This document shows positions 53,841 through 64,000 of a stretch of 64,000 bases of DNA, in pieces. The number at the start of each line of letters is the position of its first letter. The stretch's first letter is position 1. A model generated the notes under the pieces. That model was not told the origin of the DNA. It saw only the letters and a program-made list of their open reading frames with translations, and did not search any database. The stretch spans positions 72,044,001 to 72,108,000 of the forward strand of contig OZ241830.1 of the NCBI GenBank assembly GCA_965202585.1, in the 5' to 3' direction. Source of the DNA: Thalia democratica. Taxonomy: Eukaryota. A program made the translations under genes and the position numbers.

Positions 53841-54488
53841 GCAACATGAAATAAAAAAATGGTTAATCGTTTAATATATGAAATAAAAGTAAAAACCTTA
53901 TGTTTACGAAAGGTTGCTTGTATTTCTGATACCTACCGAAACCTTTTTATTGCAAAATTAAATATGATGTCTTAAAAATAGGTCCGTAATCCGTATATAA
54001 AACACCTATTTATTAAAAATACTGCGTTTTATATAGTTTTTCGATAAATGCTTAAAATAAATTAAACTTTAAAGTCTATAGTAATTATCTATAATTTTTT
54101 TATTTAGTATATATTTTCTAATCTTTTTTACTTCTCTATAGTCCTTGATTTAAAACGCAATTTGATCTCTTATAATCGATTTTTCTGTTCTATGACGATA
54201 AAAAACAAAAATTTTATTTTCAATCAAAACGATTTTACAACTGGTATTTTCTAGAAATTTTTTTTTTTTTATTGGTATCACAACTAATAAAAACTAATAT
54301 ACTTTCGTATAAAAAGCGATTAAATACAATACATATTGTAAACGAAACTTTTTTGAAGTCTATTAATGACGATGTTTACGACTTTACATATTTTAAACTC
54401 GTATTTTTTGTACTTTTACTGATTAAGACTAGTTTATACTTATGTAGGCTCTACTTTAACTTATTCGTCGTTTATTTTTATAACTCAC

Positions 54489-54830
54489 TACAGGGTGACA
54501 CAAAAAACACTCGTTTTAAAATAAACTTTGTACTGCCAACTAAATCTTTAAAGTTTTTAGATTTATATATAAGCTTTATTGTTCAGAAAGCATAAAAAAT
54601 TGATGTTGTAGATGCAGTAGAATTAGCGTGATGTATTTATAGATCAGGTTGAATTCTAGCCGCAAAACTAATTCACTTATCGAAAAACAGTTGAGATTAA
54701 TTGAATTTCCTAGTCTTACATTGATCTACGAAATGGTGAAAAAGTTCAGAATCCATGGTATAGTTCAAGAACTTATTTATAAAACGCTAACCGACAATCA
54801 CTAAACGGACGACCGAGATCATCATTAAGA
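54489..54830 (+). mobile_element. Tc1/mariner 5' relic
   Basis: TA+CAGGGTGACACAAAAAA terminus, then a frameshifted N-terminal HTH-like peptide FPSLTLIYEMVKKFRIHGIVQEL...GRPR. Confidence 0.65.
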
Positions 54831-54916
54831 ATTTTTTACACTCAAGTAGTACCAAAAATTTATCTTTAAGCTCGTTTTTTAAGCTCTAGTAAATTAAAAA
54901 ATTTTACAGTACAGAC

Positions 54917-55219
54917 CAGGGGTCGGTAAACTGCGAGTCGCGAAATGCATATCTGGCCCTCTAAATCAGTCATTTTTAAACTTACACTAGACATTCCAAG
55001 GTTTGTGATGAAGATTGAAAAAAGAATCTTCATTAAAATTTAGGGGATATTTTATGTTCACGACAAATATTTTTGAATCTGAAATCTTTGAAACTTACAT
55101 AGATGTTCCGTGGTCTATAACAAAGATTAAAACAAAAATGGTCAGGTTGTAACTAAACCTGCATATAAATTTTTTTTTCAGAGTTTAACTCGCAACCAAA
55201 GAATAGTTGTTTATCTTGG
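54917..55219 (+). mobile_element. hAT-type MITE
   Basis: 5' terminus CAGGGGTCGGTAAACT, degenerate 3' end, flanked by gtacagac / gtatagac (7/8 TSD). Confidence 0.5.
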
Positions 55220-55642
55220 GTATAGACTTGGCTTTGTTTTTACTTCTTTTAAGCACAGCATGTTCCTTATGTAGGTTTATTTTTGTAATAATATGAATAA
55301 GACTTCGAAAGGTACTCAAGTGATGGAAGTTTTTTTTTCGCGCTGTATTATAAAATCACAACATCAAGCGTGTTGTAAAATAAAACTTTTAATGCCACTT
55401 AAAAGGCTTAGTTGATAAACTTTGTCTTTGATTAATATTTTTTTCAACCGTACACTATCATTAGGCGTGCTAAAAGCTTTTAATTAAAAGTATAAGTACT
55501 TTTCTTAAATGTATGTTTTCTGTTTGCTATTTAGAGTTTTAAAGGCTTTTAAGTAAATTTTAAACCATTTCATTAAAAAAATCAGTAAAAATAAATGTTT
55601 AACAAACTTTACGTTCGATGCATTAAAAGGTCTATGACATGA

Positions 55643-55895
55643 CAGCGGTTCTTAACCTTTTTGGAAGGTAGTTACCAAACTTACCCCCAATTAACAAAAT
55701 AGTGTTTAATTTTGAGGAAAAAATATTTTTTTGAGCTATAAGCTTGTTAAACATAAAAAACAGTAAAACACTAAAGTATAAATTAAAAAGACAATTAATA
55801 AATATTAATTTATCTAACTTGTAATAAAATAAATTTACCTCCAAAACCAGGAATCTACCCCCAGAGGTAAATTTACCCCAGGTTAAGAATCGCTG
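55643..55895. mobile_element. hAT (Charlie/MER5-like) MITE
   Basis: TIRs CAGCGGTTCTTAACCT / rc CAGCGATTCTTAACCT. TSD gtcTAtga, offset on the left by a 5-bp slip duplication. A partial copy of the family lies at about 23750-23830. Confidence 0.75.
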
Positions 55896-56997
55896 GTCTA
55901 TGAACAGAGTGCAGAAAAATTTTAAACTCACGATTTTTTTTACATTAAGCGGTTTGTTAAAAAACTAGTTTACTTTTATCTATCAAATTAGCTTATGACT
56001 ACAGCTAGCTAAGAAAATGTTTTTTTACAAAAATTAAAAAAAAAATTCTATATTGTAAAAAACAAATTTATCTAAAAACCATGGCACCACATATTTTATA
56101 CCACATATGTTTAATTTAATAAGAAAGAAAGGTTGACAACTATTTTTTATAACTAATGAAACTTGTCTTGACCTAAAACAAAGCAGAATTTTTTTGATGA
56201 TTTCAGCTGATTTAACAAACAAAAAACGTTTAAACATTTGAGTTTTACATGTTAAAAATTATAAAGGATTGTAATAATGAATTCTTTATTAACACTGACT
56301 CTGTTTAGTGTCATTGGATCTTATGCTAATGTAAGTTTTAAATAGTAATTTTAAATAGTGTTTAACTTTGAAAAAAAAACTAAGTTTCTTGAGCTATAAG
56401 CTTGTTAAACATAAAAAATCGTAAAATTTAAATAGTTTATTAATTTAGAGTAAAACACTAATTTATAAACTAATAAGACAATTATTAAACATTAGTTTAC
56501 ATTAATTGTGATAAAGAAAACTAAAGGAATTCACCACCAGGGGTAAATTTACCCCAGGTTAAGAATCGCTGGTCTATAAACAGAGTGCAGAAAAATTTAA
56601 AACTCACGATTTTTTACATTAAGCGGTTTGTTAAAAAACTAGTCTACTTTTATTTATGAAATTAGCTTTTGACTACAGCTAGCTAAGAAAGTGCTTTTTT
56701 ACAAAAAATGCTGAAAAAATTATATATTGTAAAAAATGAATTTATCTAAAAACCATAGCACCACATACTTTAATTTAATAAGAAAGAAAGGTTGACAACT
56801 ATTTTTTATAACTAATGAAATTTTTCTTGACCTAAAACAAAGCAGAATTTTTTGATGATTTCAGCTGATTTAACAAACAAAAAACGTTTAAATAGTTGAG
56901 TTTTACATACTAGAAATTATAAAGGATTATAATAATGAATTTTTTATTAATATTGACACTGTTTGGTGTCATTGGATCTTTTGCTTATGTAAGTTTT
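55728..56997. repeat. Recent tandem duplication, two copies of about 620-660 bp
   Basis: 55728-56340 versus about 56388-56997 are colinear and near-identical, including the MITE right end plus about 450 bp of flank. Confidence 0.9.
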
Positions 56998-57518
56998 TTA
57001 CACAAACTTTTATTTACCTAGTTAATATGGTTTTATGTGTTTACTTTTATTGTTTAAATAAATTCAAGTACCTTATACGTAAAATGAACAGTTCAAGCTT
57101 CTTTTCGTTCAAAAATTTATATACAAAAAGTAACACTTTTATTGAAAAACTAAATTAGAAAAAAAACTGCGAAGTATTGGTAATAAGCAATAATATCATT
57201 TACATGAATGACAAGACTCCACAACTTACATCAAAATTAAACTTAAATTTTGTTTTTTACATATTTTCAATTTAGTCTTTTAAAACTTTACTTTTATGAA
57301 AGAACAAAGTTTCCGTTCCACTAACATTGCTTATTAAACCAAAATGCTTGAAAATTTATCACGTCGTAGGCGGCGACAGAAGACGATTTAGATTGACCAA
57401 TGATGAATTTGGAAACTTCGTAAACGAAAAAATATTTGATGCTTAAAACTTAACGGAAATATACTATAATGAATACTGCAAAAATTACAGAAGTGTCTAC
57501 TTTGTATGTTTGTATAAC

Positions 57519-57913
57519 CAGGGTTGTCACTCTTTGAGAGAAAAATCTTCCCTGAGTGACAAGAAACTTTCCTGAGTAACCTTAAACTTCCCCGAGTTTT
57601 TTTAAAAACATTAAAATTATTATTATTTATTAAAAAGTTGAAATTAAAGTGCTAATTCTAAAAATATTGAAGAACTAGCCGCAAGGCTAAAAAAATTTTT
57701 AATAAGCACTTGAAAATTAATATAATTAACTTTTTTGAACAAAATATTGAAACTAGATTAACTAAATCTCATTGTAGATCTAGAAAAAATTATCCCTGAG
57801 ATTTTTTAGAATAACTTATAACTTCCACGATTTAAAAAAAAAACAAAAATTATCTCTGAGATTTTCTATAACTAAAAAATTTCTTGAGTTTCCCTGAGTG
57901 TGTGGCAACCCTG
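57519..57913. mobile_element. hAT-like MITE with CAGGGTTG(T/C)CAC TIRs and 6-bp flanking direct repeat
   Basis: TIRs 11/12 identical, TATAAC on both flanks, and multiple internal CC(C/T)GAG motifs. Confidence 0.7.
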
Positions 57914-58634
57914 TATAACTGTCTTTTTATATTATCGTGTTTTTATTCAATACATTTTTTAGTACGTAACATTACATCTACAGTGTAACTGAACTAATTA
58001 ATTTTTTCGAAACCTAATAAGAAACTTACATTTAATCCTGGGCAATTAACAAAAACCAAATTAAAAAATTCTTATGACGTCATAATGTATTATTTTGTCA
58101 CAGCACGGCCCCGTGTGGGTTTCAGTGCACGGCAAGTATTCATCATACTTTAAAAAAGTAAGATGATAAAAAGCACACTTATCACATAAAGGTCTAATCA
58201 CTAACCTTCTATAAGTATCAACCGTAAAAATGCTATCGAAACAAATAATTTTTACACAACTCAATGTTGAAAACATCACAAAATATTCAAAACTCTTTCT
58301 GTTTCTTTTTTTAAAATAATAGTTTAGAAATAAAAACGCTTTAATTTGTTCAGTAAGGTGTTTTTTTATTTTTTCCATATAAAAAACTTTTTCGATTTCG
58401 TATTTTAAATGCAATTTTTTACTTTGTGCTTACCATGTTTAACTTATACACTGTTTAGTTTTGAGTTTCAAAAGGTTCTTCATTGAATTTTTAAGACTGA
58501 TATTAAATGAATGATTGAAAGTATGGAATTAAGTACATGTTTTTATTCAAGTTTTGGTTTATAAGTTTAATTTTTTATTTATGTAATTTAATACATGTTA
58601 ATAAAACTCAAAAACTATAAAAAGATATAAACAA

Positions 58635-60140
58635 TTGATTGCATTAGTAAAAATCTTTGTGAATAAAAAATGTGTCCACCACTCCGGCGCACTCCCCCGT
58701 AAATTACATGGCGTCCTAGATCCACAGAAAGAGCCGACCATCGTTAATAGTCAAGAAAAAGTTAATGGTCCAAATGAGCTAAGTTTTAGTCAGTCAGGAA
58801 AGTCTGTTGCACAAAATATTTATAATGAAGTGTCAATAAATCAAGTGTCTGCAGTTCAACATGAGGTTGAACTCAAACAAATGTATCTTAATCAGTTAAT
58901 TGAGCAACAGACTATATTGGATATACTTAATAGTTAAATTAGTTATATGAAATTGGGGATTGAAAGTAAGTATAATGGTTATTTGAACAATAACTCATTA
59001 AACACTATAAGTTTGGAATGTACACCAGTTTATAGGCAAATTAGCTCACACGAGCATTACATGAACCAGAAAATTGCTGAGCTTTGAACAATTTGAAAAT
59101 AGACGAAGCTCAACTTTTTGAAGAGTCATGTAACGTTAACGACATTCACAACCCAAACGATAAGTATAAAGTATTGTGGCCTGCAAAATTCATCAAAAAC
59201 TACTGGGTCATAACTGAGGGAAAAAACAAACTATATGAATCCTTAAACGATTTTTTACTCACCAAAGATGGCCATTTTGGGAAGGTATTTAGGCCTAACC
59301 CGGAATGGACATCAGTGAGTGGTCTATAACTAGACATTGAGGTAAAAAATTGGGATAACTAGCTCAAAAAAGTAGTCACCTAAGTAAGTTCCTCTATTTA
59401 CATTTAGCACCAAAGGAGTTAAAAACCAAAATGAGAAGAAAATTGTGCCTAGATGTAAAACATTTCAAGATTTGCTGTAAAAAAATTTGTGATGTTAAAC
59501 AACAGCAAGAAAGGGACGAGGGTAATAACTTGAATCATTGGGGAAGCCCCAAGATTTCAAAGGTTTTCATAGCGAAAAAAGAAATAATCAAAATAAATAA
59601 TATCAAACATAAAGCATAATAATGGCAAATGTTATTACCATAAGTTCAGCAATGATGGCACAATCAATAAAATTTTGGACAATTCATCGAATAGAAAAAT
59701 CTTCCCAGCGCATCCAAGCTGGAAAGAAAAAACGTTGAATGGTAATCGGTTTAAGGATTGTAACATGGCGGATACATTTAAACCATATAAGCCAAAAAAC
59801 TTACCCCTATGTTCAACAAATTGAGAGAGGTAGAATATTGGAGTCTCATACCTCTTACTAAGTAGTAGATCAAAGATCACAGAAGTAGACACCAAAAAAC
59901 TTTCAAGTTTATCAGCAGAAAAGAAAGTGGTGTGTTTTTCTAGCTACCAAATTCCATCTGGTGAAACTAAAGGTAAACGCTTCCAAAGGCAAACGCCTTC
60001 AAGGGTATAAGTATAAAAAATTAAGCACATACTTGTGGACAAGCAGTTTTTGTAATCATGCACAAGTACTTGCAAGCCTTTTAATTCGAACAATTACAAG
60101 ATGTAATACAATGAACTTGTTTTCTTTAGTTGCATCATGA
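58635..60140 (+). pseudogene. Decayed coding relic, possibly a transposon accessory protein with a SWIM-like zinc finger
   Basis: Long colinear frames broken by stops and frameshifts. Near the end: SYLLLSSRSKITEVDTKKLSSLSAEK... and frameshifted HTCGQA/FCNHAQVLASLL (CxC...CxH-like). Confidence 0.3.
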
Positions 60141-60748
60141 CAATGCAGTTTCATATTTAATTATAAGTGATTTGCAATTAGCATTTTGTTGATTATGATC
60201 GGCCAAACAGTTTCATTTTGATATTTAAGACTTAATATCAGGGATGCATTACATAGTAAATAGTTTATCATAATTAGTTCTAGGTTTGTTTTTTTCATTA
60301 AATTTGATTTCTTGATTATTTATTATGTTTTTAAATTGTTTATTTATTTCAATTAAACATCGGTATTAGTTTTAAGCGTAAAATTTGATGATAAAGATAA
60401 CAAATAATTAAAAGATTACTTTATTAGTATAAAAAGTGCAACAATTCGTAAAATTTTAAAATCTTAAAACCCTTCACCTAAAATATTAAACTAAATATAT
60501 AAAATAAAACTAGTTGTATGAAAAATTTAACTACGAATGGGTATTCTACTTTTATAGTCAAACAAAAACAGACTGTTAATTTCATAATTTCATTTCTAAA
60601 ATATTCATCTGTAAAGTTGTGTTGTAGCTCTAAAATCTTTTAAAAACATCTAAATAATAAAAATTTTCTTCAATTTTACGCAAAGTTAAGCGAAACAAGT
60701 AGATGTTAGTTGCACATTAGTATAAATTTTCTAAAATCAACAAAAACG

Positions 60749-63700
60749 TCAATCTTGGAGCTTCAGTTGGGCAAACTTGGTGGCGATTTCCACGGCTTCC
60801 TCGACCCGGTCCACACCGCTCCCGTTGGTCGACGCCATCACGTCCTTGCCGCCGGGTTTTCCCCCGACGTGCGAAGCGATCTCGCTCACCCAATCGACGG
60901 CCTTCATTTTGCCGGTCATCGACTTGGGCACCTGCGACTTGCACACGACCTTGGTCTGGTTCTTGCTGAACAGCATGACGCAGGTCTCCTTCTTCTTGTA
61001 CAGCTTCATCACCTCCATCAGCGACTTGTCGTCGCCGTTCACCGAGTTCACTTCCACCACCACCACCCTCTCGTCCGGGTTCTCCTCCATCCTGCGCTTG
61101 AACATCTCCACCGCCTCCTTCTTCAGCTTCTCCTTCTCCGCCTTGTCCATCTTGCTCAAGTCCTTGGCCATCTGGTCGCACCTGGCCCGCATCCGGTCCT
61201 TCTGCCACTTGGCCACCAGCGCCTCGCCGTCCACGTCCTTCTTGAACTCGGTGATCATCCCGTATACCTCCTTAACCTTCTTCTCCCGCTGAGCCGTCTC
61301 CTTCATCGCCTCGATCGCCACCAGCCGCCGCTGCAGCTCGGCGCTGTTCTCGTCGGCCCGGCGCGCCACCTCGCCCGTGACCGCCACCATGCGGCGGATG
61401 CCCTTCGAGATGGCCTCCTCGGCGGTGATGACCAGCCGCTTGGCGTCTCGCGAGTTCAAGAGGTGCGTGCCGCCGCAAAACTCGACCGAGTTGTTGAGGG
61501 CGTGGTCGGCGGTGGGGTCCTTCAGGAGCTGCTCGACCGGAACGCCCACCGACACCACCCGCACCGGGTCCGGGTAGGTCTCGTCGAACACGGCCCTCAG
61601 ACCGTTGACGGCCTTGGCCTCGCTCAGCTTGGACAGCTCCGCGTAGACGGGGCATTCTTTGTCGATGACCTGTGAATGAATTTTTTAATTAATCATTTAC
61701 TTGATGGTAGTTTTAAATAGTATGTTTAAATAGATGGTAGTAGTTTCACATATCACTGTATCGGATAATTTATTAGAAAGTTCTTTTAATCAGAAACAAA
61801 CCTGGTTGCATATTTCTTCCGTTTTTTGAATTTGATCCGTAGTCAAAGCTTTGTTGGCAGTGAAATCAAACCTTAAAAATGATCAATTTTCAGAAACATT
61901 TCAAACTTCAAATTTTACAACAACAAAACGTGTAATCAACAAAAATTATAATCAATTAAAACCTCAATCTGTCGTAGTCGACCAACGATCCTTTCTGGTC
62001 GGCCTCGCCCAACACCTGCCTCAGCCCGAAGTTGAGGATGTGGGTGGAGGTGTGGTTCCGCATCACGTCCATGCGCCTCGCCTCGTTTATCTTCAGCTCC
62101 ACGCGGTCGCCCACCCTCAGGTTACCCATCACCTTGCCCACGTGCAGCACGTAGCCCCCTTGAACCTGGCAGTTTTCCACCCGCAAAAAGCACGTGTCGT
62201 CGTCCGTCCTGCTGATGAAGCCCACGTCGTATATCTGCCCTCCCTGCTCCGCGTAGAAGCACGTCCTGTCCAACATCACCCCGCACTCCCATCCCTCCTC
62301 CACCTCCTTGACGAACTGCTTGTCGTGGCGCAGGTTGGTGATCTCGGCGGTGATCGACTCGAACCGGTAGCTCTCCTCGCCCTCCACCCGCCGGTAGTTG
62401 TACTTGAAAGAGGCGTCGGTGGCCGGGAAGTTTTCGTTCTTGAGCTCGCTGAGCGCGTGCACGTCCAGCTTGACCTGCTCGGCCACCGTGTTCACCTTGC
62501 CCTTGGAAAGCTCCCTGGCCTTCTCCTTCTCGGCCTCGTACTCCGCGCAGTCCACCGTCAGGCCCCTCTCGCCCGCCATCAGCTCGGTCAGGTCGGCGGG
62601 GAACCCGTAGGTTTCAAATAGCAGCCAGGCCTTCTGGCCCGGGAAAACGGTGGCGTCCCGGGGCAGCTCGTTCACCACCCTGTTGAACACCCGCTCGCCC
62701 CTGGTCAGGGTCCTGAGGAAGAGCACCTCCTCTTCGTCGATGACGTCTTTGACGTGCTTGGGGTTCTTCTTGATCTCGGGGAAAGCATCGCCCAGCACTT
62801 CGACCACGGTGTCGACCAGGCTGGAAAACATTCCCGGCTTGGCGTTCAGCTTGTCCTTGGCGTACCTGACGGCGCGCCTGAGGATGCGGCGCAGCACGTA
62901 TCCCCTGCCCTGGTTGTCCGGCATGCCGCCGTCGGACAGGGCGATGGTCAGGGTGCGGATGTGGTCGGCCAGCACCCTGTAGGCCATGTCCTTGTTGCCC
63001 ACGTCCTCTTCGCCGAACAAGCCGGTGTACGGCTCGGCGCCGGTCATGTCCTGGATGGCTTTGAAGAAGGGAACGAACAGGTCGGTGTCGTAGTTGGAAC
63101 TCTTTCCCTGGATGACCGAGACGATCCTTTCGAGGCCCATGCCGGTGTCAACGTGCGTGTTGGCCAGCGGCTTGAGCGACTTGTCCGCCTCGCGATTGAA
63201 CTGCATGAACACCAGGTTCCAGATTTCCAAAACGTCCGGGTCGTCCTTGTTGACCAGGTCGGCGGCGTTTCTCCCGCCGATCCGGTCAAAGTGAAGCTCC
63301 GAGCAGGGACCGCACGGTCCGACTTCTCCCATCTCCCAGAAGTTGTCCTTCATGTCCCCGGTCAGCACGTGGCTCGGGGGCAGGTACTTCAGCCAGGCGT
63401 CCCTGGCTTCAAGATCCGGTTTCAGGCCGGCCGCCTCGTTCCCTTCGAAATAGGTGGCGTACAAGCGGTCCCCGGGCACCTTGTACACTTCGGTGAGCAG
63501 CTGCCACGCCCAGTCGATGGCCTCCTTTTTAAAGTAGTCGCCGAAGGACCAGCTGCCGAGCATCTCGAAGAACGTGTGGTGGTAGTTGTCCTTGCCGACG
63601 TCGTCGAGGTCGTTGTGCTTCCCGCCCGCCCGGATGCACTTCTGCGAGTTGACGGCGCGCCTGTACGCGTAGTAGGGGTTGGACGGGTCGATGGTGCCCA

Positions 63701-63860
63701 GGAATATGTTCTTGAACTGGTTCATGCCGGCGTTGGCGAACAGCAGCGTGGGGTCGTTGTGCGGGATGGTGCGCGAGGAGTGGACGTAGTTGTGCTCGTT
63801 CCGCTTGAAGAAGTCGATGAAGATATCGCGGATCTGACCCGAAGTCAGCGTGGCGTCCAT
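60749..63860 (-). CDS. AARS1: Cytosolic alanyl-tRNA synthetase, 3 coding exons, 962 aa
   Basis: Exons: 63860-61963 ([23 protein letters not shown]...ANAGMNQFK...DTGMGLER), 61871-61802 ([23 protein letters not shown]), 61669-60749 ([18 protein letters not shown]...EFCGGTH...C-Ala). The editing motifs HTSTH and CGGTH are present. Total 2889 nt, GT-AG introns of 91 and 132 nt. Confidence 0.97.
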
Positions 63861-64000
63861 TTTTAAATGAGTATTATGGTATATCACTGTGTAAGTTTAT
63901 TTTGTATTGAAAAATAAATAGTAGCTTTCAGGACAATTTTAAAACTTTTGTATTAAAGTAAAACTCTTTATTAATATTAAATTATATATTTTTATATTTC

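Noticed and set aside
53608-53847. 79-aa hydrophobic ORF as a coding first exon
   Set aside because: Its donor is phase 2, incompatible with the phase-1 septin exon at 47087. Composition is typical of AT-rich noise, so it is kept only as a possible UTR exon.
60710-63866. Long plus-strand ORFs (321, 256, 370 aa) and alternative-frame ORFs over AlaRS
   Set aside because: They are shadows of extreme GC3 bias, which removes stops from the antisense frame. No recognisable domains.
63861-63887. In-frame GTG-started N-terminal extension of AlaRS (MIYHNTHLK) as a mitochondrial targeting peptide
   Set aside because: Only 9 aa, not amphipathic or Arg-rich, and it starts at a splice-acceptor-like site. 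The ATG at 63860 aligns with the human start.

Overview
Eukaryotic (metazoan invertebrate; exact taxon not determinable, chordate/tunicate-like at best) genomic DNA. Introns and intergenic DNA are extremely AT-rich, and the longer exons are GC-rich. Three spliced minus-strand genes can be fully or nearly fully assembled with GT-AG introns and consistent phases: a secreted trypsin-type S1A protease (6 exons, 286 aa), a SEPT2-group septin (at least 15 coding exons over about 20 kb, with a disordered N-terminal extension of up to about 324 aa), and a cytosolic alanyl-tRNA synthetase (3 coding exons, 962 aa). The window opens in the 3' end of a plus-strand Tyr/Arg/Cys-rich peptide ORF. The introns carry a decayed Buster/SPIN-type hAT element with TIRs and TSD, many hAT, pogo and mariner MITEs or relics, several HINE/Helentron-like elements sharing a GGGTTAGGG core, a degenerate type I hammerhead ribozyme motif and local tandem duplications. 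The strongest leads are: (1) clustered substitutions of the conserved septin G-interface residues (SEPT2 numbering D107R, P155S/F156S/G157S/H158R, T186M) while the NC interface is intact; (2) repeated short duplications of exon-intron junctions, one creating an in-frame 9-nt candidate microexon in septin switch II; (3) GC3 near 90% in long exons versus about 40% in short exons of the same genes.
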